From positions 1 to 44,501 of the forward strand of contig JAZDIZ010000118.1 in assembly GCA_043804515.1 (NCBI GenBank): 44,501 bases of DNA. Reading direction: 5' to 3'. Of this stretch, positions 25,875 to 35,951 are shown piece after piece; positions within the stretch are counted from its first letter, which is position 1; each line of letters begins with the position of its first letter. Below the pieces are notes generated by a model that saw only the letters and a list, made by a program, of their open reading frames with translations, was not told the origin of the DNA and did no database searches. Made by a program: the position numbers and the translations under genes. The stretch comes from Pseudomonadota bacterium (GTDB taxonomy: Bacteria; Bdellovibrionota_G; JALEGL01; DATDPG01).

Positions 25875-26627
25875 TTATCCCTCCAGTTTCACGACCACGC
25901 GGTCGTCAAAATCCAAATCCATCTCCCGGATCGACTTCTCTTTCCCCCGGAAATCCTGCATGACGCGGTTCCAGCGCGATGCTTTCGTCGAAAAGTCGCC
26001 GTGCCCCACTACGATCCGGGCGGGAGTGCCCACCAAGTAAGCCGCCCATCCCTGCGCGGGATCGAAGTGCAGTTCCGAAATCTTTTTTTCGTCGGCCCCG
26101 GCACGCACGAACGTGCGCTTGAGATCCATCGCCTCCTGCACGCGCTCCCGGAGGCCTTGCCAATTCTTCCGCCCGCTCCAAGGGCCGGTCAGCACCGGGA
26201 GGTCGGGCGCCGGCCCTTCCGTCTTCAATGCCGGCCCCAGCACGTTCCCCTTCTCGTCGACGTAATAGAGCCTCTCCAAGTTCACGAGGGCGGCTACGTT
26301 CCTCTGCGTCACGACCATGAACACCTCGCCCGTCAGCGTGCGCGCGATCGTGCCGCCTTCCAGTTTCGGATTTCTCCGGATTTTTTCCTGTGTCGTTTTC
26401 GTCCAGTTTCCGAACAGCGGGTCCCCTTGCTTTAAGTCCACGAGGTCCTTGAGATCCAGCGACGGGAAGTGCGTGATTCCGGAGATCCGGAGTTGGCGGA
26501 CGCGGAGGGGAAGCCGGAACTTCTGGCGCTTCACGATGTATGGCGTGAGCGCCACGCAAGCCACAAGGACGCAGGCTCCGGCTGTCCGCAGCGTTCTCTT
26601 CCATTTGTTTTTCCGCTTCGCCATCAA
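25875..26627 (-). CDS. ftsQ: Cell division protein FtsQ/DivIB
   Basis: TM, POTRA-like region, YYVDEKG, DLPVLTG, DLDFDDRVVVK; lies between ddl and ftsA. Confidence 0.88.
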   Translation of the reverse strand: MMAKRKNKWKRTLRTAGACVLVACVALTPYIVKRQKFRLPLRVRQLRISGITHFPSLDLKDLVDLKQGDPLFGNWTKTTQEKIRRNPKLEGGTIARTLTGEVFMVVTQRNVAALVNLERLYYVDEKGNVLGPALKTEGPAPDLPVLTGPWSGRKNWQGLRERVQEAMDLKRTFVRAGADEKKISELHFDPAQGWAAYLVGTPARIVVGHGDFSTKASRWNRVMQDFRGKEKSIREMDLDFDDRVVVKLEG

Positions 26628-26628
26628 T

Positions 26629-27561
26629 TCACACTTTGAGCCGCGCCTCCTGAAGGATCGTCTCCACCATGCTCTCGAACGAGATTCCCGCCGCCTTCGC
26701 GGCTTTCGGAACCAGACTCGTTTCGGTCATTCCGGGAACCGTGTTCACCTCCAGGACCCAAGGCTTGCTGGAGGACCAGATGAGATCGACCCGGGCGAAG
26801 GACTCCGCGTAGACGGCGGCAAACGCTTTTTCCGATTCCTTTTGCACTTTCTTGGCGATGTCGTCCGAGACCCGCGCCGGGCTGTAATAGTCCGTCATCC
26901 CCTTCGTGTACTTCGCTTCGTAGTCGTAAAATCCGTTCTTCGGCACGATCTCGACGATCGGAAGGGCTTTCCCGGAGATGAATCCCACCGTGAGCTCCGT
27001 GCCTTCCTTGAATTCTTCCCACAGCACGACGGGATCGAACTCGAGCGCGACCTGGAGAGCCTCTCTCACCTCGGTGGCCTTGCGCACGATGGTCAGGCCG
27101 ATGGTGGAACCCTCGTTGCACGGTTTCGCCACACATGGAAAACCGACCTTATCCGCGATCTCTTTGCGCAGGCTGTCCAGATTCGTGCTCTTATCGGACA
27201 CCGTCCAGGCGGGCGTCAGTACGTGGTTCTTCTCGAAAAGCTGCTTGCTCACGACCTTATTGATCGCCACCGCACTCCCCAGGACGCCGCTTCCGGTGTA
27301 GGGAATTTTCATAAACTCCAGGAGTCCCTGGATGGTGCCGTCCTCGCCGTATCGGCCGTGAAGGGCGATCACGGCCACTTCGATCTTGTGCTCCCGGAGC
27401 CGTTCGGCCGTGTCGTAGCCCGCGTCGATTTCGATCACATTCGTGTACCCCGACGTTCGGAGAGCGTTGGCCATCGCCTTCCCCGTTCGGAGCGAGACCT
27501 CGCGCTCCTTGGAGAGCCCCCCGAGGAGAACGCCGATGTTCGCGTTCTTCTCGTAGGTCAT
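26629..27561 (-). CDS. ddl: D-alanine--D-alanine ligase
   Basis: GGLSKEREVSL, LHGRYGEDG, FYDYEAKY, LEVNTVPGMT. Confidence 0.98.
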   Translation of the reverse strand: MTYEKNANIGVLLGGLSKEREVSLRTGKAMANALRTSGYTNVIEIDAGYDTAERLREHKIEVAVIALHGRYGEDGTIQGLLEFMKIPYTGSGVLGSAVAINKVVSKQLFEKNHVLTPAWTVSDKSTNLDSLRKEIADKVGFPCVAKPCNEGSTIGLTIVRKATEVREALQVALEFDPVVLWEEFKEGTELTVGFISGKALPIVEIVPKNGFYDYEAKYTKGMTDYYSPARVSDDIAKKVQKESEKAFAAVYAESFARVDLIWSSSKPWVLEVNTVPGMTETSLVPKAAKAAGISFESMVETILQEARLKV

Positions 27562-28511
27562 GCGTCCACCCCGATCACGTGCACCTCAGGCTCCAGCTCC
27601 ACGCCGAATTTCTTGGAAACCTCCGCCTGCGCTTGTTCCATGAGCTTCAGCGCATCCCGGGTCGTTGCGTTTCCGAGGTTCACGATGAAGTTGGCGTGCT
27701 TGGGCGAGATCTGCGCATCCCCGATGCGGCGGCCTTTCAGGCCGGCTTGCTCGATGAGGTGCCCGGCGAAATCGCGTCCCGGGTTTTTGAACACCGAGCC
27801 GAAGTTCGGAAGCTCCAGCGGCTGTTGTGTCCGCTGTTTTTTCGCCGCGTCGATCTCGCTTTCCACCCGGTCCGGCTCGCTGGGGTAAAAGAGAAACAAC
27901 CCGGCCGTGATCACGAGATCCCTTCCTTTCGGGAAGTCCCGGTATGCAAAATCGGCTTCCGTGACGCGCAGGCGGATCGGTTCGCCGGTCTTCCGGACGG
28001 TTTCCACCTCCCGCACGACACGGCCGAACCAGCCCAAAGGCGTCCCCGCGTTCATTCGGATCCCGCCCCCGATGGAGCCCGGGATCCCAAATGAGAATCC
28101 GAATCCGCGGATCCGCCGGTCCCGAAGCCACGAAAGAAGCAGCCCGTTCGGAACTCCCGCCTCGGCCCGCACGAAGACTTGGTCGTCCGTCCGGCCCTGG
28201 AGGGCGATCTTCATGAAGCCTTCGGAAAGGTCCACCAGGACTCCCCGATACCCTCCGTCCCGGACGAGAAGGTTCGACCCCCGCCCCAGCACTTGCCATT
28301 CCACCCCGCGCTTCGTGAGCTCCGCCACAACCCGGGAGAGCACTTCCGCGTCCGGAGGAGAAACCACGCCCTTTGCGCACGCTCCGCACCGGAACGTCGT
28401 CCGGTTCCGGAGCGGCTCCTCCCTCCGTACGAATCCGGGAAACGATTCCTCCAGCCAATCCAGCGTTGAATCCGTAAGATCCTTATGTACCTTCTTCGCA
28501 GCCACGGTCAC
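27558..28511 (-). CDS. murB: UDP-N-acetylenolpyruvoylglucosamine reductase
   Basis: GRGSNLLV, GIPGSIGG..MNAG, GSVFKNP, HANFIVN, LEPEV. Confidence 0.97.
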   Translation of the reverse strand: MTVAAKKVHKDLTDSTLDWLEESFPGFVRREEPLRNRTTFRCGACAKGVVSPPDAEVLSRVVAELTKRGVEWQVLGRGSNLLVRDGGYRGVLVDLSEGFMKIALQGRTDDQVFVRAEAGVPNGLLLSWLRDRRIRGFGFSFGIPGSIGGGIRMNAGTPLGWFGRVVREVETVRKTGEPIRLRVTEADFAYRDFPKGRDLVITAGLFLFYPSEPDRVESEIDAAKKQRTQQPLELPNFGSVFKNPGRDFAGHLIEQAGLKGRRIGDAQISPKHANFIVNLGNATTRDALKLMEQAQAEVSKKFGVELEPEVHVIGVDA

Positions 28512-29902
28512 CCGCCCACCTCTTTGCTTTGCGCTTTCTCGAAAATTCCCATCAACAGGGAGGCCGCTCGAGTGACGTCCCCCGCTCCCATCGTGACCAC
28601 CCGGTCGCCGGGGCGTCCCGCCTTCGCGATTGTCTGTGCGGCCTCTTCCAATGTCTTCGCGTATTCCACGCCCTTGAGTCCCCGCCTCCGCAGCGCTTCC
28701 ACCAGCCGCTCCGAATCGATGCCCGTGATCGGGGATTCGCTGGCCGCGTAAATCGGCGTCACCACCAATTGATCCGCGCCGCTAAAGGCGCCCAAAAAAT
28801 CGTCCCAGAGGTCCCTCACCCTCGAAAACCGATGCGGCTGGAACAGAACCCGAAGGGCCCCGTGGCTCATTCCGCAGCGTAGGGCCTCGATCGACGCGCG
28901 GATCTCCGTGGGGTGATGCGCGTAATCGTCCAGGACACAGATTCCGGCCGCTTCCCCCTTCTTTTCCAGGCGCCGCTCGATCCCCGAGAACCTTCCCAGC
29001 CCGGCCGCGATGTTGGCCGCAGACACGCCCAGCTGCAGCGCAACCGCGGAGGCCGCCAACGCGTTCAAGACGTTGTGTTTTCCCAGGATGGGAAGCTGGA
29101 TCTCGGCGAGCTTCGTGCCGTCCAGCTCCAGATCGAACCGCATCCCTTCGCCGGCGGCTTCCACTCTAAGACCCCGCACGTTCGCGGGGAGATCGATTCC
29201 GTAGGTCATCACGGGACGGCGCACGTTTGCGACCAGTTCGGCCGCGTACGGATCGTCCCGGCAGATCACCACCAGTCCGTCGAACGGAACGCGGTTGGAG
29301 AAGTCCACGAACGCGGCTTGGAGCCTCTCGAACGTACCGTAGTGATTCAGGTGCTCCCGGTCGATGTTCGTCACCACGGCCAGCGTGGGGAGAAGCTTCA
29401 GGAACGAGCCGTCGCTTTCGTCCGACTCGCAGACGAACCATTCGTCCGTGCCCACTTTCGCGTTGCTAGCGATGCTCCGAAGCCTTCCTCCGATGACCGC
29501 TGTGGGATCGAAGCCCGCCTCCAGGAGAACGGTCGTGATCATGGCGCTTGTTGTGGTTTTCCCGTGGGCGCCCGCCACGACTATCGTGTCCTTCTTTCTC
29601 ATCAGCTCGGCCAGCATCTCCGCGCGGACCAATATCGGCATGTGACGACCGTGCGCCTCCAGAAGCTCGGGATTCTCGGGAGAAACTGCGGAGGAATACA
29701 CGACCACGTCGGCGCCTTCGATCTGTTCCGCCCGGTGTCCGATGAAAATCACGGCCCCCATCTCGCGAAGGTTCCTCGTTTCCTGATTTTCCTTAAGGTC
29801 GCTTCCGCTCACGGCATGGCCGGAACGAAGGACGATCTTGGCGATCCCGCTCATCCCGATCCCGCCGATCCCGACGAAATGCACGTGCTTGCGGGCCTTC
29901 AT
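28508..29902 (-). CDS. murC: UDP-N-acetylmuramate--L-alanine ligase
   Basis: HFVGIGGIGMSG, GAHGKTTT, ESDESDGSF, DDYAHHPTE, FQPHR. Confidence 0.98.
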   Translation of the reverse strand: MKARKHVHFVGIGGIGMSGIAKIVLRSGHAVSGSDLKENQETRNLREMGAVIFIGHRAEQIEGADVVVYSSAVSPENPELLEAHGRHMPILVRAEMLAELMRKKDTIVVAGAHGKTTTSAMITTVLLEAGFDPTAVIGGRLRSIASNAKVGTDEWFVCESDESDGSFLKLLPTLAVVTNIDREHLNHYGTFERLQAAFVDFSNRVPFDGLVVICRDDPYAAELVANVRRPVMTYGIDLPANVRGLRVEAAGEGMRFDLELDGTKLAEIQLPILGKHNVLNALAASAVALQLGVSAANIAAGLGRFSGIERRLEKKGEAAGICVLDDYAHHPTEIRASIEALRCGMSHGALRVLFQPHRFSRVRDLWDDFLGAFSGADQLVVTPIYAASESPITGIDSERLVEALRRRGLKGVEYAKTLEEAAQTIAKAGRPGDRVVTMGAGDVTRAASLLMGIFEKAQSKEVGG

Positions 29903-30972
29903 GCGGCCTTCCTCCCCAAGAGATCCGCCGCGATCGTCTCGGCGGCCCGTTCCCTGCGAAGCGTGAGTGCCCCTCGGCTCATGGCCTTGAGCCGCCCCCG
30001 GTCGAAAAGAAGCCCTTCGATTTCACCAAACAGGCGTTCTCCCGTCAGATCGGCGTCGTCGATCACCACGGCCGCCCCCGCTTTCACGACGACATCGGCG
30101 TTCAGTCGCTGGTGGTCGTCCGCCGCGAACGGGAACGGGACCAGAATCGCGGGACGGCCCACGGCCGCCACCTCCAGAACGCTGGAACCGGAGCGCGCCA
30201 CGACCAGATCCGCACGGGCGTATGCCGAGGCCATATCGTCGATGAACGCGCGGACCTCGCAGGGCATCCCGGCACGCGCGTACGCCTCCCGGATCCGCGC
30301 TTCGTCCTGCACCCCCGTCTGGTGAATGACGTAAAGACGGTTCTTTTGGGCCGCGAGCTTCGGAAGCGCCTCCGCCATCGCGTCGTTCAGCTTCCGCGCC
30401 CCTTGAGAACCTCCGAAAATCAAAAGCGTGCGCCTCTCTCCCTCGAAGGAAGGGGGCGGCACGGCCAGGATCTCCGGGCGCACCGGAAGGCCGCTGAAAG
30501 CGCACTTCCTTGGGGGAAGCCTCCGCGCGGACGCTTCAAAGGCCAGATAGATCCGCCCCACCACGCGCGCCAGAACCCGGTTCGCGAAACCGGGCATCGA
30601 GTTGGGTTCCAGAATCGCAGTCCGGATCCTCCGAAGGCTTGCCAGGAGCAGGATCGGGCCGGAGGCGTATCCGCCGGTACCGAACACCGCTTCGGGGGAG
30701 AAGCGGGAGATCAGCCTCCACGATCTTATAAACGCCGCCGGCAGGGCCAGCAGGTTCCGAAGGCGTTCCGCGGCTCCTTTTCTTTTGAGCCCGCCGATCT
30801 TCAAGAGCTCCAACGTGAACCCCGCTTGCGGAACCAGCTTCATTTCAAAGCCGCGGGCCGTTCCCACGAAGAGAATCTCCGCGGCCGGGTCCAACGTCCG
30901 CACGGCCCTTGCCACCACGATCGCCGGAAGCACGGTCCCTCCTGTCCCGCCTGCCGCCAAAAGCAGCCTCAT
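29899..30972 (-). CDS. murG: Lipid II GlcNAc transferase
   Basis: GGTGG(T), GTGGYAS, PGFANR, GGSQGA, DDHQRLNA. ATG 30972 overlaps the ftsW stop. Confidence 0.95.
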   Translation of the reverse strand: MRLLLAAGGTGGTVLPAIVVARAVRTLDPAAEILFVGTARGFEMKLVPQAGFTLELLKIGGLKRKGAAERLRNLLALPAAFIRSWRLISRFSPEAVFGTGGYASGPILLLASLRRIRTAILEPNSMPGFANRVLARVVGRIYLAFEASARRLPPRKCAFSGLPVRPEILAVPPPSFEGERRTLLIFGGSQGARKLNDAMAEALPKLAAQKNRLYVIHQTGVQDEARIREAYARAGMPCEVRAFIDDMASAYARADLVVARSGSSVLEVAAVGRPAILVPFPFAADDHQRLNADVVVKAGAAVVIDDADLTGERLFGEIEGLLFDRGRLKAMSRGALTLRRERAAETIAADLLGRKAA

Positions 30973-32114
30973 GCTTCCACCTTCCGGGCCATCTTTTTCG
31001 AGAGAGACACCGTGGAGGCGAGCGAGAGCAGAATACCCACCGACGCCATCGTGGCCACGAGTGAGGAGCCCCCGTAACTCACGAGAGGAAGCGTGAGTCC
31101 CTTCGTGGGTGTGAGCCCCATGACGACCGCCATGTTCATGAGGGCCTGGATGCCGATCATGACGGTGAGGCCGTATGCGAGTTCCGACGCGAACGGCTCC
31201 CGGATCCGCAGGGCGAGTTGGAGGCCGCGCACCACCAGGAAGAGAAAGAGGATGATCACGCCGATCGATCCCCAAATGCCCAATTCCTCGGCGATCACGG
31301 AAAAGATGAAATCGGTGTGCGCCTCCGGAAGATAGAGAAGTTTCTGGGCCCCGTCTCCCAACCCGGCGCCCACCATCCCCCCGCGATTGAACGCCACGAA
31401 CGATTGGATGATCTGGAAGCCGCTCCCCGCCGGATCCTTCCAGGGATCCAGGAAAGCCAAGAGCCTGCGCCGGCGGTACGCGGCGCCCTGGATGAGTACC
31501 AAACCCGCGCCCATGCTCGAGAGGCCCAAGGCAGCCATGTGCCAGAGACGGGCACGACCCACGAACAGCATGAGAAACGCCGTAGCCGCGATCACCACGC
31601 AGGTTCCAAAATCGGGCTGGCGCAGGATCAAAAGGAAGAGGATCCCGAGCGTCACAAGGAGGGGAAGAAGGCCTCTGCGGAAATCGCGGATCCCTTCGCC
31701 TCTTCTGGAAAGATACGACGCGATATAGAGAACGATCAGAGGCTTGGCGAACTCCGCCGGTTGCACCGTGATCCCGCCGATCGAGAGCCAGCGAGTCGCG
31801 CTCTTGGCGGAAACGCCCGCGGAGGTAAGCGCCGTCACGGCCAGCGCCAGCGCCGCCAACCCAAGAGCGGGAAGGGCGAGCCTGCGGAGGCCGCGGATGT
31901 TGACGAAGAACAGGGTTCCCATCGCCGCAAAGCCGAGCGCGGCGTAGGCGAGATGGTGCTTAAGGTAATACAGGTTATCCCCGAAGCGGTCGGCCGCGAC
32001 CAGGGAGCTGGAGCTGTAGACCATCACCGTCCCGAGGCCCAGGAGAGCCAGCGCCGAAAGGAACAGGACGGGGTCGATGTGACGCAGCTTGCGCAGGCGG
32101 GGAGGCGTCGTCAT
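30969..32114 (-). CDS. ftsW: Peptidoglycan glycosyltransferase FtsW
   Basis: MVYSSS, RW.....QPAEFAK, QPDFGT, LPEAHTDFIF, PTKGLTLPLVSYGGSS. Confidence 0.97.
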   Translation of the reverse strand: MTTPPRLRKLRHIDPVLFLSALALLGLGTVMVYSSSSLVAADRFGDNLYYLKHHLAYAALGFAAMGTLFFVNIRGLRRLALPALGLAALALAVTALTSAGVSAKSATRWLSIGGITVQPAEFAKPLIVLYIASYLSRRGEGIRDFRRGLLPLLVTLGILFLLILRQPDFGTCVVIAATAFLMLFVGRARLWHMAALGLSSMGAGLVLIQGAAYRRRRLLAFLDPWKDPAGSGFQIIQSFVAFNRGGMVGAGLGDGAQKLLYLPEAHTDFIFSVIAEELGIWGSIGVIILFLFLVVRGLQLALRIREPFASELAYGLTVMIGIQALMNMAVVMGLTPTKGLTLPLVSYGGSSLVATMASVGILLSLASTVSLSKKMARKVEA

Positions 32115-33454
32115 AGGCCCTCCCTCGCCCGGGCTCGGGCCCACGCCCGAAACGCGTCGCCGCGCTCTTCAAAATCCCGAAATTCATCAAAGCTTGTGTT
32201 GGCCGGAGACAGAAGCACCACGTCCCCCGGCCGGGCTTCGGCCGCCGCCCGTTTCAAGGCCGACGCAAGGTTCGGGCATATGACGTGCGGTACGTTCTTG
32301 AACGCCTCCTCCATGATCGGCGCAGCCTCGCCGAAGAGCACGGCCTGCCGCACCCGTCCTTCGGCCTTCCGCCCCAGCGCGTCGTACGGGGCCCCTTTCG
32401 ATCGCCCTCCCACCAGGAGGAGGATCGGCCGGTCGAACGCTTCGAGAGCCACGATGGCTGAATCCGGCGTGGTGCTCTTCGAGTCGTTGATGAACGTGAC
32501 CCCCGAGAATTCCGCCACCGGCTCCAACCGGTGCGGCAACGCGCGGAACGTTCCCAACGCTTTCTCGATGATCGGCCTCGGACACCCCAGGGCGTCGGCC
32601 GCAACGACGGCCGCTACGGCGTTCTCGGCATTGTGCCGGCCGAGAAGAGAAAAGTTCCGAAGAGAGACCGCGGAGCCGCCGTCGAACCGGATTCGATCCG
32701 AGGCCGCGATCGCGCCCTTTCCGTTCCGGAGGTCCGTGGAGAACCACCGGATCTCCGCTTTCACCTGTGCCGCCAGCGCCCGAACGGCCTCCTGGTCGGC
32801 GTTCATCACGGCCACGTCTTTCCCGCTCATCCGAGCGAACAGGCGGGCCTTCATCCCGACGTAGTTCTCCATCGTGCCGTGCCGGTCCAGATGGTTGGGG
32901 TACAGATTCGTGAGAACGCCGACGCGAGGATGGAATTCGTCGACCGCCTCCAGCTGGAAACTGGAGATCTCCGCCACGACGAAATCGTCGGCTTGATGCA
33001 CCGCCTTGATGAGGGGCGTGCCCAGGTTCCCTCCCACGAATGTTTTTTTGTCCCAAGCGCGGAGGATGTGCCCGATCAGGGCGGTGGTCGTGCTCTTCCC
33101 GCTGCTTCCCGTCACCGCCACGAGCGGCGCGGTGATAAGGCGTGAAGCGAATTCCACTTCGCTCCAGACCGGAATTCCGCCGTCCCGTGCTTTTAAGAGA
33201 TACGGAAGGTCGGCCGGGACCCCCGGGCTGATCAAGATGAGATCCGATCCGGCCAGCGCGGACGGTTCGTCCAGGCCGGCTTCGAGTTCAAACTTGAGTC
33301 CCCGGAGGGCTTCCACGTTCGCACGCAATTCGGCCTTCGGCTTTCTGTCGTACGCCCGCACCAGCGCGCCGCGGGCGCAGAGATCCTTCACGAGGGCCAC
33401 GCCCGTCCGCACCCCCAGTCCCACGACCACCACGTGTTTCCCGCTCAGTTCCAT
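32111..33454 (-). CDS. murD: UDP-MurNAc-L-Ala--D-glutamate ligase
   Basis: SPG, GSSGKSTT, GGNLG, EISSFQLE, HLDRH, NDSKST, LLSPA. Confidence 0.97.
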   Translation of the reverse strand: MELSGKHVVVVGLGVRTGVALVKDLCARGALVRAYDRKPKAELRANVEALRGLKFELEAGLDEPSALAGSDLILISPGVPADLPYLLKARDGGIPVWSEVEFASRLITAPLVAVTGSSGKSTTTALIGHILRAWDKKTFVGGNLGTPLIKAVHQADDFVVAEISSFQLEAVDEFHPRVGVLTNLYPNHLDRHGTMENYVGMKARLFARMSGKDVAVMNADQEAVRALAAQVKAEIRWFSTDLRNGKGAIAASDRIRFDGGSAVSLRNFSLLGRHNAENAVAAVVAADALGCPRPIIEKALGTFRALPHRLEPVAEFSGVTFINDSKSTTPDSAIVALEAFDRPILLLVGGRSKGAPYDALGRKAEGRVRQAVLFGEAAPIMEEAFKNVPHVICPNLASALKRAAAEARPGDVVLLSPANTSFDEFRDFEERGDAFRAWARARAREGL

Positions 33455-33467
33455 CTTCCTCCGTCCG

Positions 33468-34544
33468 TCACCTAAGCTTCAGCGTGGAGAGCGCCGCCAG
33501 TGCCAGAATGATCGAAATGATCCAGAACCGGACGATCACCTTCGGTTCCGCCCATCCCTTGAGTTCGAAGTGGTGGTGGATCGGGGCCATCCTGAAGATC
33601 CTTTTTCCCGTCATTCGGAAGCTGAAGACCTGCGCGATCACGCTGACCGCTTCCACGACGAAGACCCCACCCACGAGAACCAGGAGGAATTCCTGCTTCG
33701 CCACGACCGCCACGGTTCCGATCGCGGCTCCCAAGGCCAGTGACCCCACGTCGCCCATGAACACCTGCGCCGGGTACGTATTGAACCAAAGGAAGCCGAG
33801 CCCCGCTCCGAGGAGCGCGCCGCAGAAGATCGCCAACTCACCCGCCCCGCGCACGTGGAACACCTGGAGGTATTCCGCGATCTCGGCGTGGCCCACGGCG
33901 TACGAAATCACAAGGTACGTGAACGCGGTCACCATCACGGGACCGATGGCCAATCCGTCCAGGCCGTCGGTGAGATTCACCGCGTTGGAAGACGCGACGA
34001 TCACCAGCGCGGCGAACGGAACGAATCCCCACGCGCCCCAACGAACGGCGAGATCCTTGAAGAACGGGAAGTGGAGCTCCGTATTGAATCCGATCACGAC
34101 GAGAAATAAAGCTACGACGAGCCCCAGGACGATCTGGTACTTGAACTTTCCGAGGATCGACAGCCCCTTCGATTGTTTCTTTACGAGCTTTGCATAGTCA
34201 TCCACGAAACCGATCACGGCGAAGCCGAGTGTCGCGAGCGTCACCACCCAGGTGAAGCCGACGTCCAGGCGCGCCCAGAGCAGAAACGACACAAGGAGCG
34301 AGGCGATAATGAGGATCCCCCCCATCGTGGGCGTTCCCGATTTCCCCAGATGGCTCTTGGGGCCGTCGTCCCGAATTTGCTGGCCGATCTGGTACTTCTT
34401 GAGGATCCGGATCAGCGTCGGTCCCAACAGGAAGCTGATGAGGAGCGCCGTCAGGATCGCCATCAAAAGGCGGAAGCTGATGTACCGGAAGACCCGGAAG
34501 AAACCGTACGTGAGATGAAGCGGATACAGGAGGTGATAGAGCAT
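33468..34544 (-). CDS. mraY: Phospho-N-acetylmuramoyl-pentapeptide transferase
   Basis: [40 protein letters not shown]. Confidence 0.99.
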   Translation of the reverse strand: MLYHLLYPLHLTYGFFRVFRYISFRLLMAILTALLISFLLGPTLIRILKKYQIGQQIRDDGPKSHLGKSGTPTMGGILIIASLLVSFLLWARLDVGFTWVVTLATLGFAVIGFVDDYAKLVKKQSKGLSILGKFKYQIVLGLVVALFLVVIGFNTELHFPFFKDLAVRWGAWGFVPFAALVIVASSNAVNLTDGLDGLAIGPVMVTAFTYLVISYAVGHAEIAEYLQVFHVRGAGELAIFCGALLGAGLGFLWFNTYPAQVFMGDVGSLALGAAIGTVAVVAKQEFLLVLVGGVFVVEAVSVIAQVFSFRMTGKRIFRMAPIHHHFELKGWAEPKVIVRFWIISIILALAALSTLKLR

Positions 34545-35951
34545 CTACGCGCCCCTCTCCGCGAGGCCTTTTTGGAGTTCTTCCGTCAGCAACTCCATTT
34601 TCATCCCCCTCGAACCCTTCACGAGCAGCGTGTCGTTCGGTTCCAGTTGCTCCAGGATCGCTTGCGCCATCTCCGCGTGGGTTTTGAATGTCTTGATCCG
34701 CTCGTGCTTCATGCCCCCTTGCACCGCGCCTTGCACCACGTCTCCGGCATACCTCCCCATCACGAACAGGCGGCTGTACTTGAAACCGGCTACTTTGATT
34801 CCGATGTCCCGGTGCGCCCTCGGGGAGAAGTCCCCCAGTTCCAGCATGTCCCCCAGCGCCGCCAGGTATCTCCCTTGCGCGAAATCGCGCACGACTTCCA
34901 ACGCCACGGTCATCGAACCGGGGTTCGCGTTGTAACAGTCGTTCACGATCCGGATCCCCTTCGGGCAGGGGATCATCTGGAGCCGCATTTCCGGGCGCTC
35001 CACGGCTTGAACGCCCGTTTGAAGCTTCAAGACCGGCACTTCCATCGCCAAAGCCGCTCCAAAGGCGCACATCAGATTGTAAACGTTGTGGATCCCCACG
35101 AAGGGCGTGCGGATTTCCGCCTCTTCCGCGCCGTAGCGCACCGAGAGAACCAGTCCGTCGCTGCCCAGATCCCTCACGACCTTGGCGCTGACATCCGCGG
35201 TTCCTCTCAGTGAAATCGTGATCTTCCGCGCACGCGTGCTTCCCTCGAATGACTTGAGGCGCGGATCGTCGATGTTGATCACCGCGACGCCGTTTTCGGG
35301 GAGGTGTTCATAGAGTTCCCCTTTTGCCTTCGCGACGCCGTCAAGAGATCCGAGTTTCTCGAGATGCACCGGCCCGATGTTCGTGAGCACTCCCACCGTC
35401 GGTTCCGCAAGACGGCAGAGCGTTCCCATTTCGCCGAAGTTGTTGACTCCGAGCTCCAACACGGCGAGTGCGTGTTCGGGCCGGAGGAGAAGCAGCGTCA
35501 GCGGGACTCCCAGGTAGTTGTTCCAGGTCCCCGGGGTTTTGAGGGTGTTCCGGTGCGCCCCGATGACGGCGGCCGCCATTTCCTTCGTCGTGGTCTTTCC
35601 GTTCGAGCCGCTGATGGCCACAACGGGCTTCCCCCATTTTCGCCGGGCAAGATTGGCCACCGCGCCCAACGCCTCCAGGGTGTCGCGCACGCGCAAGAAC
35701 GGGCCGGTGGCGTCGACGTCGTGATGGATCACCGCCGCGCACGCACCACGCGCGAACGCCTCGGCCGTGAAGTCGTGGCCGTCGCGGGTCGCCTGGAGCG
35801 CGAAGAAGAGGTCCCCCTCTTGAACCGCCCGCGTGTCCAGCGCCACACCGCGCGGTTCGCGGGACGGTTTTCCTTCCTGCTTCGCCTTCATGGCTTGAAC
35901 GATTTCGTCCGGATTCAGGTTCACGTCGACTCGGAGCGGGAGATGTTTCAT
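34545..35951 (-). CDS. murF: UDP-MurNAc-tripeptide--D-Ala-D-Ala ligase
   Basis: DGHDF, GSNGKTTTKEM, GVPLTLL, NDCYNANP, GDMLELG, KGSRGM. ATG 35951 overlaps the murE stop. Confidence 0.97.
   Translation of the reverse strand: MKHLPLRVDVNLNPDEIVQAMKAKQEGKPSREPRGVALDTRAVQEGDLFFALQATRDGHDFTAEAFARGACAAVIHHDVDATGPFLRVRDTLEALGAVANLARRKWGKPVVAISGSNGKTTTKEMAAAVIGAHRNTLKTPGTWNNYLGVPLTLLLLRPEHALAVLELGVNNFGEMGTLCRLAEPTVGVLTNIGPVHLEKLGSLDGVAKAKGELYEHLPENGVAVINIDDPRLKSFEGSTRARKITISLRGTADVSAKVVRDLGSDGLVLSVRYGAEEAEIRTPFVGIHNVYNLMCAFGAALAMEVPVLKLQTGVQAVERPEMRLQMIPCPKGIRIVNDCYNANPGSMTVALEVVRDFAQGRYLAALGDMLELGDFSPRAHRDIGIKVAGFKYSRLFVMGRYAGDVVQGAVQGGMKHERIKTFKTHAEMAQAILEQLEPNDTLLVKGSRGMKMELLTEELQKGLAERGA

Noticed and set aside
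30973..31275. Long N-terminal extensions of murG (also murF 35952..36125 and rsmH 40610..40768)
   Set aside because: They overlap upstream genes out of frame; downstream ATGs match the family starts, with ATGA coupling for murG and murF.
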